From Bugula neritina (Eukaryota; Animalia; Bryozoa): 64,000 nucleotides of DNA. The notes beneath the pieces are model-generated. The model was given only the letters and a program-made list of their open reading frames with translations, did no database searches and was not told where the DNA came from. Numbering within the stretch: position 1 is the stretch's first letter; every line of letters starts with the position of its first letter. Shown here one piece after another: positions 16,057 to 28,885 of the stretch. The translations under genes and the position numbers were made by a program. The DNA is taken from the NCBI GenBank assembly GCA_964035545.1, contig OZ037766.1, positions 23,548,767 to 23,612,766 on the forward strand, written 5' to 3'.

Positions 16057-19000
16057 GCATTGAGGGAAAATATGGGACAATATCATGTTTTGTGGACTAA
16101 TCTAATTATTCAAACAGTTGGTTAATTTGCACTGAGAGAGGTGTTCTGTACTCTACATGGTGTTCTATGTTCCACAGGCTACAGTACTCACATAATAGAA
16201 AAAATATCAAATTTAGATCAGAAATGTTTTAATCATCTAAATATTGCCTGAATTACATCAGTTTTTATAATGTAGTTTAAATCTATTGGTTTTATGTGAA
16301 ACATAGTGTTACTTACAATGTTAAGTGTAATTTTTCCTGCTCAAGCTAAACTGAATAAAGATGCAAAACAGTTATATATATGAAAAGTACACCACCTATG
16401 TCCTATGATGTACAATGTTAATTGTGATTTCATGCAGAGGTGTGCACAGTGAAGTATAACACTAGATTGGTGTACAAGCAAGGTGTGCAAAGAAGTATAT
16501 AAAGTAAAATATGATGGTGTATAAAATAAAATATAGCATTAAGAATGCATAAAATAGAGTGTTGAAATAAGTATGTAGAATGTAAAATGGGTGTAGATAA
16601 TGAAGTACCTACTACTCCAGGGGTATATGAAGCAGAGCGTAAAACTAATGGTGTACAAGGAAAATTCAGTGAAGCGTGCTATTCATAAAACACAAGTAGT
16701 AAAGCTAGTTTTCTGAAAAAGTTAGTTTTTATTACAAGTAATTTGTGAATTTTTCAGTTTAGAAGCTGAAGTTGCCACCAGCAGTTGCAGGCTAGTTTAA
16801 TATAGCTGAAAACAAAATTTGCAAACCTCTTGCAATGATGCACACCTCAGTCTGCCCTAAAACTTGATGATGTATTTTTACTTTACATGCTGCTACTGTA
16901 TATAGCTATTAGAGCTAAAGTTTGTGAAAAGCTATTGAACTGGGAACAAGATTTCCAGTTCCTTATCAGAAGCCATAATTTAAAATTCCTATCTCCAAAT
17001 ATTCCCCTAAAGTATTTTTGGGAAAGGAACAAGTCATGTAATAACTGAATTTTAGTATCGATGATTCTTTAAAGCTTAACTTTGAATAATAGTAAGCTCT
17101 AAAAACTCAGCTTTATAGGAGGTGATGGTTTTCTTTGTTAATTAATGTCATCAGGCATATTTGTGGCCACCACTCTGTAGGCATCATTTTAATAGCATAG
17201 CTGTGGCCACAGAAATAACTTAAAAAGTTTAGCTTACTTTGTAATGATGAGGGACCGAGCTAATGCTCCTGTCTGGAACTAGAACATAATATACTTCATG
17301 CAAAACATGCAAGCGTATTACAATAGTCTAAATGAGCTGCTGCAAAAAGATCAATATTATACCAGGACAACTATAGTCTAATGTTTATAGTACAGCATAA
17401 GACTACCATCATAAAATATTCCTATATAGACTGTATATAGGCCTGATTGATTGATCTAGCTGGAGGCCATTTGATTAGTCAACACTGACAAAACACATTC
17501 ACTGAATGGAACTAGTGCATTGTGATTGTTTTAGAAAGAAGAATAGGTGCTAGTAGCAGGCTACTTTTCTACTACTGACTATTCTTCTACAGTCACACAA
17601 TCTGTGGAGTATAACAAATACTTTGTACACGCGTGTCATCAGAGAGCATCTGAAGATTAAGTGTTAATCTGCAGAGAGCAAAAGGTAGATAACAGATTAT
17701 CACAACTAACTGAAGTTTGGCATATAATATGTGGTGAGTAATGAATTAGCATTATAATAGTAGCCGTCTCTAACACACTACCTATTTTGTTGGGGTGACT
17801 ATCTTTGCAGACATTAGTTGATACTTGAAAAAAGGATTTTATGAGTGTTGCTAGAAGCAGCACCGGGCTAGGGGTGACTAAGTACAGTATTGGTATACAA
17901 ATCAGTGTCCGAGCTCCAAGCTCCAAATTCAAGTGACCACCAAATCGGTGCAGCTTCCAGCCATTTTCGTCATTAATTTAATTTATTGGGAATAACAGCT
18001 AGGAGTCGAAGTCTGAAAAAAATGGGGGGGAGGGGGTGGGGGTACGAGTAAGCATCTAACTTTTCCTTTGAACATTTACTAGTTTTCATTACAAAAGAGC
18101 ATATCATCAGCTCAATACCAGAGCAGCTAACTAAAAAAAATGTTACGCTAGTCAAATTGAATAAAATGTTTTGTGTTTGGAGATACCCTAATGGTGTAAA
18201 GAATTGGCCAGTTTTCCACTGCTGATTTATTTTAAGTAGCAACTAGCCATCCAATATGGCGGGATAAATAGTGATCCGATATCCATATGATATATTTGAC
18301 TTTGCAACAGCTCCCAGCAAAAGCTTTCCTTTCCACAGACCAGCTGTTGAAATCTGATTGTCCTTAAAATATAACTTTATATATTATCTGGTTAAGATTT
18401 GTAAGGTATCAAGTTATACCAACCACTGTATCTGCATAGCAAAGCTTTGAACATGAGTTACTAATCATAAATACATATTATATGAAAAGATGATATTATG
18501 TACTTGTGACAAATTTTTCATTTCGGCGTAGCAGTGGAGAAACTTCAATGTCTTAAGTTTCTTCAGTTTTGCTATAGATTTTGGTTTGGAGTGTAACTTC
18601 CTTTGCTACATTTTCTATCTGGAACACAGGCTTGTTCTAGTTTCTCCATATCTGCAACTACCTCAAACCATTACTAGCATCAATTTCAGATTAAAGCATC
18701 AGAATAAAGGTTAGCTATGTGATTGTGGGAGCAAATAATATTATATTATAATAAAGGTGTAGAGTTGAATATATTACAATAAAAATATGCAATGAATATA
18801 AAAAGCGAAATATAATACAGGCATATTAGCGCATTTGATGAAATCTGAAAACTGTATAATGAGTAAAACGCTAGAAAATATTAAAACAATAGAATGAGCA
18901 ATAGGGAAATATAAATAATAGATATAGTAGAGTGTAGAAACAAGTAACAGAGCAGATATTTTTGACTGAATGCCGCTCCATTGTACAATCCTTGTTTGAA

Positions 19001-19451
19001 TATTTTCATTACTATTGTAAGTACAATAGTAATGTTTATTCTAGTTGTTTCATAGAAGGCACAGCCTCAATAATGCTATATTCAACTGTTGTAAAAGTAG
19101 GCTACATTTACATAGTTGATACTGGAGAAATCATGGAGATTTCGAAACCACATACTAATGTTACACCAACTGGACCTGAATCAAGTACAGAGCAATGATA
19201 TGTTTCTATTTTGTAATTGGAATTAATTTTGCAATGTATGATATTAGCAATTCCAATAAGTTTTAGATATCTCAAAGAGTGGAGAAAAAGTAAAAATGTT
19301 TCCAACAGGCTAGGTTACTAGCTTAGCAAAATATCAATTGTAAGTTTAATTCTTCCAAGCACTAATTTACCTCAAGCTATTAATGGTTTTGCCAGACATG
19401 CAAAGAGCTGTATAACTATATAAGTCCCACAAAATACTTGAATAAAATTTC

Positions 19452-19493
19452 ACAATATAACTCAAGCATGCATGCATGCTTGAGTTATATTGT
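19452..19493. repeat. Perfect 42-bp spacerless palindrome
   Basis: ACAATATAACTCAAGCATGCA|TGCATGCTTGAGTTATATTGT is its own reverse complement. Confidence 0.95.
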
Positions 19494-20707
19494 TTAATAA
19501 AAATCAGTTCCCGCAGTTAGAATAAAGCAACCATACGTTACACACAGCTGTAGCTCCTTTAAAGACATTAACAGTAAGTATGAGTATATACTGCTACTAC
19601 TTAACTAACTCATCAAGAGCCTTAATTCTGTGTATTTTGACTAATTGAACTGAACAACAAGCTATAGCTGTTATTACATTCCCTACCAAGCAGGAGAACT
19701 TGCAGGTTGCAAAGTTTTTGCTTGCAATATTCTGACACCAGAGTTCTAGAAAAATATCGAGTCAGATAATGACAACGGATACAAGCTCAGATAGACAAAC
19801 AAGTGTAGGACCACATGCTATATGCTATTGCTTAGTAGAGCTCTGTAGCAATCAATATCACTTTACTTTAATAATTAAGTTTTTCTAGGTGTCTGTTTAA
19901 GTTTTGTTGACACTAGCAAAAAAACTCATCAAAAGTTTTTTTTTGTAAGCTATATAGCCACACTGTTGACCTCAGCACTTAACAACCAATTATATCTGCA
20001 TTGATACATTTACCACAGCAAACTAGTTGAATTCTATATTAATTGTATATCTCTTCTGTAGGTATGATGTTGAGCATGCTACTTTATTTAATATACTCAA
20101 AGTAGAGCAATACATTGCCTTCAACAATAGGCTATATGTCTGTGCATTGACCAAAAGCAATTTTACCTGTTAGTCATACAATGCAAATACTAACAGAACC
20201 ATAACTACATGCATAAATGCACATCATTACCCTAAAGGCCTAACTAATGTAAATATGAAGTGAAGACAATAGTTAATTAAACTCTAGAGAATTTAGATAA
20301 ATCAGTTAAAGAAGCACTGTAACTGTAGTGTATTGCTGTGATTGAGGTAGGTACAGTAATGGGGAAATTGAGAAAAGCCTGTGTTCTAGATTGGAAATAC
20401 AGCAAAAAAAGTTATGTTCTTGCAAGACTTTCAACTCACACCCCAAACCAAAATTTATAAAGAAAGTTGAAGAACTTAGACTATCCCAATTTCTCCATTA
20501 CTACTTCTAAATGCTGTAATTATCATTATTACTAGTAGCAGCTGCTAAACACTACTTTGAACAACTCAAGGCGCCCCTATATTTCATTTTATTAGCATAG
20601 CTGCATTAGTAGTAACTAGAACAAACATAGCATCTGATGCCACTAACATGTTTGTATATTTGTAGATGCCATCAAAAGATATAATATAATGCTTTTGACA
20701 TTTCAAT

Positions 20708-23700
20708 ATGGCAAAAACTGCAAGAAAACTGTATCTTCTCATTGTTGTATTGTTAGCCACCTGCATAATGTTATCAAGGTATGAATATGAATATATACAC
20801 ACATTGTGCTCTCAACATGGGTTTTCACTCAGCATGGGTTTTCACTTCACTTATTTATTCTGTAAATCTTTGCTGAAAATATTAAGTAGGTGTAAGAATA
20901 AGAATTGTCAGCTCACCATGTTAAGCAACTTAAAACAATTGTTGGTAAAACTTAACATTGCATTCTCAAGACCCGCAGATGTTTTATTTTATAGAGTTTG
21001 CATTTGGCAAGTTATCTTGGCTATCTTTTAGCAACTGGTATTATAGTGATATAGACCGGGTTGTTAAACTATGTTTGATAGTGTTACAAGATCTTAGACA
21101 AAAGTAGCATAGTTATGTAAAAATTTTATTTTATGATTATTAATAATAAAAACAGTTGTCAAATTAATTAATACGAATTTAATTTCAACTTACAAATGCT
21201 GTCATATATTGAACAAACCAAAATAATATTATATTAATACTTTCTGTAACAAAATTCATTTGCTTCCACAATATATTAAATATATAAAAAAAGGTTTGAA
21301 ATATTGTTTTCTGCCGCATTGTTTATCCAACATTTTCGAAAGAAACTTAAATTTTTAATTTTTACAATTTTTCAACTCCTAAAATCTCTGACCATTAACT
21401 GTATTAAAATTTGCTTGTAAGACTGAAGATTATTTATTGAAACCAGATCTTTTCTAATCTGTTTATGCAATAACCATGCCCTATGATCAGCTCTACATGG
21501 TTATGTTTTGTTGACACAATATACTAGTTGGTGAAGTTAACACATTTTACTTCCATGAATATAAATCAGGTGTTGTTGAAAAGCAAAGAGAATGGCATTT
21601 TTTTGGCAAGAAATGCATAAGGAACAACATATTTTTGAAAAATAATTAACTCATATAAATATGTAGAAAAATTATGAATTGCCAAAATTCATTTGGCAAA
21701 AGATCAATTATTAGTATTATATATAAATATAAACATTATGTACAATTGACAATCGTGTAATGAATGGAATAGGTTTTCGAAATGGTGAAATTTGCTAATT
21801 AATACCTTATGAACTAATAATTTTTAACTATAGTTGGTTGAAGATAAATGAAATGGTGAGCTTTCAATCGGACAAGCAGAAAGCTTATGGTACGAGTGCT
21901 AGACAATCACATTCTCTCAAATCATTAGCAGAAGTTAGAGTTGGTGGTTCAGCCAAGCACCAGCCTCTAGAACAAGAGTTTATGGGTAGGTTTTGTTTAG
22001 TTGGTTTGGATAGATATAGTTTGTTTACGTACAAGCTATTAATACTGGTATAAAGTTTGAATGGTTATATAAGCAGCTCTGGGTTTGGGGTGAAGAACAT
22101 GTTTAGTTTGGGGGTCTCAAGTTTAGAGTTGAGTCTCTAACTCCAAAATTGAGACCCCCCCTCAAACTAAAATAGTCCTTCCCCCTAACATGGAGCTGCT
22201 TATAAAACCATCCGTAAAGTTGTGGCCGTAACTCTGGCAAATTTGCTTCACATATACAAGGTGCCAATATGATAATACTGTTGATTGCAAGCATTGAAAA
22301 TATCTTGGCATTCAAGCTAAGCTAGAATACCTGGTTTTGAATTAAAACAAATCAGTGTTGCATGCAGCTGGTGATGAAAAATGTTAACTGAAACAAGCTA
22401 TTTATAAAATACAAAATTGGCTAGTCTCCTTTGTTTCATTATGCATACTAGCAACTAGTTGGTGTAACGCAGACTTTATTATTCCTGTTTATATTTGTTG
22501 TCATGCATGGTAATAAATTTTTCACAAATTGAACATTTATGTACAATACTTTACCAGAATATTCCATTAATAAAATGTGACCAAAAAATTAGTAGCCATT
22601 AAAATATTTCTAATGCAATCTTTAGAAAAAGAAAACAACATGTCCAAGCCATGTGAAAAAGTTACAAGATTTGTAATGATTAAAACTGAAAAGACTGGAT
22701 CAACCACTTTATTCTCTATACTTGCTAGGTACAACATTCTTAATATATTTCCATATAATATGCATTATTCATTAACCTACATTAGCATATATTCATACAG
22801 TTTATATTTCATATAATATATTTACTGATCTTTCATAGTATAATAATCATCTTTAAACGTCTTTATTTTCCTGTATAATTGTTATTGAAATTTTAATTTT
22901 TATCTATGCAGATTCATACTGAAAAATAAACTCAAAGTAATGGTAATGACAAAGGGGGGACATTTGGATGTTACAAGAAAAAGAGGAGATCATCCTGGTA
23001 AGTCTGGAACAAACTAATGTCAACAAACAGGTGCACGTGTGTGTGCTTCATTAACTGATACCTTATTGTTTATTTTCTGTAATAACTTTGATAAGCCTGT
23101 GGAGAGTATGGCAGCATTTTAGCTGGATAGCTTTTCATGGTCTACATCAGTTGAGGAAGCTTTTTATAATATGGGAATAGAAAGTTAATTTGTAAATACA
23201 TGGGCAAATATTAATGTGAAAGAACAACCACACTAGGTTACAGAATTAGATAATTCTTGAGATAAGTTTATTTCATCTTCAAATTATTGAACAAGTTGAG
23301 TTGACACTGTAGTGTTGAGTTTAGCCAGTAGTCCCCGTGGTGTAATCGTTAGCACACTTGCTTGCAACCTGGAAGTCTCCGGTTCGAAACCCAGTTGGGG
23401 CAAAATTATTTTACAGACACCTCAAGCAGCTGATGAAATTTCTCGGAACTCAAATGCCTGTCTAGTTCGGTGCCAGAATTTCTATGCAATTTGTAGAACT
23501 TTCTCACATCCCTGTTGTAGTACACATGTCACTTATATGCTGGTGTGTTAAAAGCATTGGATACTACTGTTAATAAATAGGCTAATAGCTGTAAGTGTTA
23601 AACAGCTAAAGATTTTAATTGTTAATATATAAACACTTTGGAGATTTATTGAAAGTGTCAGAAGTTTTATTAAGGTGCTATAAATAAATCATGAAATTGT

Positions 23701-26700
23701 ACTCCAAAGCTAAAAATGACCTATATTATTCTATTATCTGCTATTTTCTACTTGGAATATTTAAGTGAATGTAAACAATTACAGTTATCTTGCAACACAA
23801 TAAAAGCAATTTAGTAATGGATTTTTTAAATAATAAATATTATAAGTGTACTAGTAGTTTTGAATTAAAAATGTAAAATTATACAGCTCATACTGTGTAG
23901 ACACATATACTAAGAAGTGTGTGATCCTCTATGAAAAATAATGTTTAAATATTGTATTGATGGTTCAGTGTTTTAAAGAGAAGTGGTATATTATGCCTAT
24001 AGCGTGCAACTGCATCAAGACTTTGTAAAGCGCTATGTGCAACTTTATAGTTCAAAGCAGCATATATTAGTCTTTATAAAACTAAAAATTTGAAGACTAA
24101 TTTTTGAGGTACATAATTTGGAATGAAATGTGTTTGTAGTATGACTTATTTTTCTCTCACCTATCTCCACTTTGTCTTGTTCGGGTAGCAGGTTGTAATA
24201 TACCATATAAGTTGCACATTGTAAACACATTTTATTATATGCATTCTATATTATATTTATATATACATTACATTACGTATATATTATATATGATTATAAG
24301 CATATATATTACACAGGATGGGACATAGGCCCAGGTCACCCGAGCCATGCAGACACTCTAGTGCACCATGCGAGGTACAATGAGTCTCTTTTCAGTACAG
24401 TAATTCATCCAGACGCCAAGTACATTACATTAGTCAGAGATTCGGCATCATGGTTAGAGTCAGCGATGAGGTTCTGGCCTGGTCAAGTAAATCATCATGT
24501 GAGATACTAAAATTAGTATTATTTGACTATGTTTTTGTATTATAATACTATATGTTTTTCAGATTTTATAATAAGTAAATATTATATAACTGTATGTAGT
24601 ATTAGCACTGGTGACATAAAAAACTGTGATGATGAGCAGTTATAAGGCTTGAAAATGTAGATATGAAACTGTTAATATGAAATAAACTGAAAGTCTCTTC
24701 TTTGTTATTGTAATTGACCTCTAAAGTAGTGAAATCATTTTTCAGAGCCCTGATGAACTAATAAAGAATCCATTTTTATTTTACCAAAGAAGATCAACGA
24801 TAAAAGATGATTACAATGGTCAGAAAACACTCTTCCATCTCAGCCAGTTACAATGGCTGGGGTTCGATTATAATAAAAAAGATAATGTGACAGCTATGGA
24901 AGAGTACATAAAGTACATTACTAGCAAGTAAGCTGCCTACACAGTAAACAGATATACTGTTACTCTCTATAATATAGACTAGAAAACCTTGGGTTTCAGT
25001 TTAATTTCTGATTATTGCTGCCAGTTTTGGTCACGTACACACTTGTAATTTGTAATTGTACTATAAAGATTACAAAGTAAAGTTCTAGTGACTATCAATC
25101 TAACTAAAGAAAGCAGATATGGTCTCCTGGTTAGAAATGCAGAGTTGTGGGATTGACCCTACAGGGTCAAGACTCACGGACCAGCAAATTTGAGACGAAT
25201 AAGATGTTACTCATGCCAATACTGGTCTTTTGAGCTGGCTGCATGGTCAAAAAAGTGAGCAACAATAACTACACATCTGGCCATAAGCTTGCATGAATCA
25301 AAGTTTTGCAGAATTTGTGTCCCCTTTTTGATAGTCCTTCTAACAATTTAACAGCTTTGATCATTTTATAATAATAACAAGTCTAAAATACATTCTACCT
25401 TGGTACTAGAATCTGGCTGTCAGTAGAAATAACTATTATGTGGCACATTTTGGGCCAGAGTTATATAGTAATAAATAAAATTTCAAGTTCTTCATGCAAA
25501 TAACTGCATTATTCTCTTTACTTTTATTTTATTCATAGACCGAAAAACAGGATTTGAAAATGGTTATATAGTAGAGATAGGCTTCTTTGTTTGTACATCT
25601 CTCGAGTTCAATGCGTGGCAGCATTTGTGCTAAGCTAGTGAATCTAGCGCCAACAATAAATGATGCTGGGAACATCACTCAGTCATAGTTTACTCTTGTA
25701 CCATTTTACAGCCGCCAAGCCAAGTATCAGCATATTTGAAGTCAACATTTATATTTCATTTAAAAACCTCTTGTCATTATAGAGATTCTCATAGATGTGG
25801 CTATAAAAACAGCTGCTGAAATTTTGAAAGTTACATATCATTAGAAAATGTTGCGATTTTCTCGGTTTAGGTTCCACATTGGATTTTTAACTGATCAATT
25901 TGATGCCTCGTTGATTCGTCTCCGGAGACTTTTCTGCTGGACTCATGAAGATTTATTGTATAAAGCACAAGAAGTTGGAGGTAGAGTTAAACCAGGTTCA
26001 CGTAATAAAATCCTACAGCCACTCTCCAAAAAAGGTGTGTTTATCTATGAAGTGCTACTAAAAGTGTACTTCAACTCACATAATTAGCTATATTATAATA
26101 TTCTCATGCATATCATGTATTTATTTCATAAGTCAAAATCTATGTTGTATATTAATATTTATATTTAAATATTTTTAATTAAAGTTGGTAATAATTATTG
26201 CAATTTTGAAATATCTATAAAAAAGTTGTTTGACTTATTATGTAGCACTGTATAATTATGTATGTTACTGTTTATTTATTGCTTAAAGGCATTAGGGAGT
26301 TATTGCAACCTGAAATGAATTTGGGAGACCAATTGTTATACGAAGCTTTCAATAGGACATGGTGGACCGAACATCCTGATGTTAAAGATGAGCATTTCTG
26401 GCAAGAAGTAAGTCATTTATTTTGTTATAGCTAGGAGCCAATGTTATAATTTATTACAACTGTTGAAACAAATACATCCCTGTGAAACCTATTGTAAAGT
26501 AAGTTCAATGTTCAAGAGTCCAATTTCTTTTACATTTCATGTTTAATAAATGTAGAAGGTATTTAAAATTGCTACTTTTCACAATATTGAGCTGTGCAAA
26601 AATTAAAGTTTCCAAAATAATTCACTAATATTTCAAATCTGTATAATTTTACTTAGCGAATTGTATTACAAAGAAATGATTTTGATGATATAACTAAGTA

Positions 26701-27218
26701 GAAATAGTGTTTCTTAATGATGCTGTGTAAACCATAATTTATTTGATTGTATAGCATATTATCATACATTGATGTACTATTATAGACTACAAACTTTATA
26801 ATATTATAGCAGTGCTCATGTAGACTAAATGCAGCAGCAACAAATTTATATCTCAAAAATTGCCACGCCAGTAGATTAGATTGATGGGATAGTCTAACGT
26901 AATATTACATCACATATTTGGAAGAGATTTGAGAAAAGTTAATTATGCTTAATGCTGATCCATGTAATTATATTTTTACAGGTAGAGCAATTCCAAATAA
27001 CAAATGCTATAGCCACTGCAAAATGTTCTGAAGTGATGGCTGGGCGCAAAAAGCTATATACTATACCTGGGAATGAGTGGAGTTCACCAATCCAACTTAC
27101 TATTGATCTCTGTACAGATTTTAGTATGGATAAACATAGGCAAATGCAGCTGTTAGCAACATATGCAATCGGAGAGCGATATGATGCATATGCCTATGTT
27201 AGAGCAACAGACCACTGA
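20708..27218 (+). CDS. Galactose-3-O-sulfotransferase (Gal3ST) family type II Golgi protein, ~431 aa, 9 exons: 20708-20778, 21834-21985, 22626-22728, 22912-22997, 24317-24498, 24746-24927, 25871-26034, 26289-26407, 26982-27218
   Basis: N-terminal basic tail plus TM (KTARKLYLLIVVLLATCIML), 5'-PSB-like FVMIKTEKTGSTT, HHARYN, 3'-PB-like YITLVRDSASWLES, FDASLIRLRRLFCW..EDLLY, N.GDQLLYEAFNRTWW. Phases are consistent (1296 nt). Confidence 0.88.
22102..22171. repeat. Imperfect ~70-bp inverted repeat (MITE-like hairpin)
   Basis: TTTAGTTTGGGGGTCTCAA... pairs with ...TTGAGACCCCCCCTCAAACTAAA. Confidence 0.7.
23331..23402 (+). mobile_element. tRNA-derived SINE head or tRNA pseudogene (TGC in anticodon-like loop), intron 4 of the sulfotransferase
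   Basis: A-box TGGTGTAATCG and B-box GGTTCGAAACC over 72 nt, but the anticodon and acceptor stems pair poorly. Confidence 0.7.
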
Positions 27219-28724
27219 AATCTATCATAGAAACAAATTGGAATATATTTTTTTATTATTTTTTATTTTTATCAACTTTTTAGAAAATCAAGGAGTACTA
27301 TGCAACAGGCCTTATAAGGCCTAAAAATCTGTGATCTAAGTAGAAGTTTATACAGAATGTATGTTATGACAATAAAGCAACCAGAGAATAAGTGTGCGCA
27401 TTTACATTTTCATGTGTGTTACACTATTACTAATCAAAAACCTGTTCTGTTTTACATCAATCATTGCAAATCAGTTGATCATTGCATGTCACAGTCACTA
27501 TAGTGTGCCACTTATAGGCTGATAAAAGTGATAACTGGCAATCATGTATGCTACATTATACTCATTGACTACACCAAACACATAAAGTTTATGTACTACT
27601 CAAGTTATAAGCTTAAGAAGTATATTAACAAACAAAAAATAATCCTTCTACTATCAGAAGCCTTACAAGTTCTGTCCTTTCCCAAAATGTTCATTCTTCG
27701 CGCACACAAACTCTTTGGCATCTCTGATATTCACCGCAGACGGATATTTTCATTTTTTTATGACAAGAGTCTCCTTTGATTTAATCTGCTTATCGCTGTC
27801 GAAGAAATCTAAAAAAAATGTGTCACATGTGATTAAAATAATATTGAAGAAAATAAATATTTATAAAGGTGATAAAATTATTTCTTTGTATCTCCCACAT
27901 TTAAAAAATATTATTTTACTCACACAGCTTGTCATTCATAAAATTTCCTCTGACACAAAGATACTGGATATGAATAACTTGACTCTTAACGTCAGTTTAC
28001 ACCTTAGCTTCCAGTCTTCTACCCGAAACAGCAACCGACTTACTGAACTGAGCTTGTCAAAAGCTTCAGTTTGTCAGCTGGAGCTTCCATCATTTTATAT
28101 TCACCCATGGCCCATGGGCCATGTCTCAACATTAAAAGCAAAACTAAAAGTAAAACAAAAAATAAGTTATTACTTCAAAAGGATAATTATATTGATTTAT
28201 TAAATGTACTAAAATTAAAAATAAAGTGATAAAAATTTCGCCAACTGACAGTGACTGTGAGTGAGTGAGTGTGAGTGAGTGAATGTCACACTCACTGACA
28301 GTGACTCAGTGTGACAAGTATTAATTTTAAAATCAAATATTACAAAACCTTCTTACATTCCTTAATCAAATGATTTGTAATCCTGGTGACAACATCGACA
28401 TTCCGCTCCTTTTTATTTTCCTATGGGCATGGCTGGTGAATAACAATTTACCAGTTCAATTTTCCTACACAAATTAATCGACATAAATCAAAGGGTTCAT
28501 AAATTGTAAAATAGTTTATAAAATGTAAAATGAAAAGAAATACATAAAATGGGCTCGTAAAGTAGTAGCGCATTTATAATGGCATTTCTTAAATTTGCTT
28601 CTTATCAAATCTTGTCAGCTAACAAATATTTTGCAAAAAAAATCAATTACACCATTTTTAACATTTACTTTTTTAATTTAATAATTTAAATTAAAAACAT
28701 GACATCTAAGAAACTTTATTTTAT

Positions 28725-28885
28725 TTATATCGACGCGTTCGTATTATAGATAGAGAATCTCAATACGCATAATGGTAGTAATTGCGGGCGTCGGCATTGC
28801 TTTCCATTAAAACTCATATAAGTTTTCTGTCTCGCATTACTAAGTTGCTTATCATCACAACAATGTGAATGTCTCGACTCTAAAA
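28725..28885. promoter_or_regulatory. CpG-rich patch; probable (possibly bidirectional) promoter region of the PP2C gene
   Basis: Local CG cluster (TCGACGCGTTCG, GCGGGCGTCGGC, CTCGC, CTCGAC) in otherwise CpG-poor DNA, ~2.2 kb upstream of the PP2C ATG. The TSS is inferred. Confidence 0.45.

Noticed and set aside
23331-23402. Functional tRNA-Ala(TGC)
   Set aside because: Anticodon and acceptor stems do not pair properly; treated as SINE or pseudogene.
23425-23475. Hammerhead ribozyme (CTGATGA core); also at ~36780
   Set aside because: No GAAA with correctly paired stems II/III or a cleavage triplet.
25113-25190. Further tRNA-like head
   Set aside because: A and B boxes too degenerate to support alone.
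27715-28203. 162-aa plus-strand ORF
   Set aside because: TTG start, composition of AT-rich non-coding DNA, no motif.
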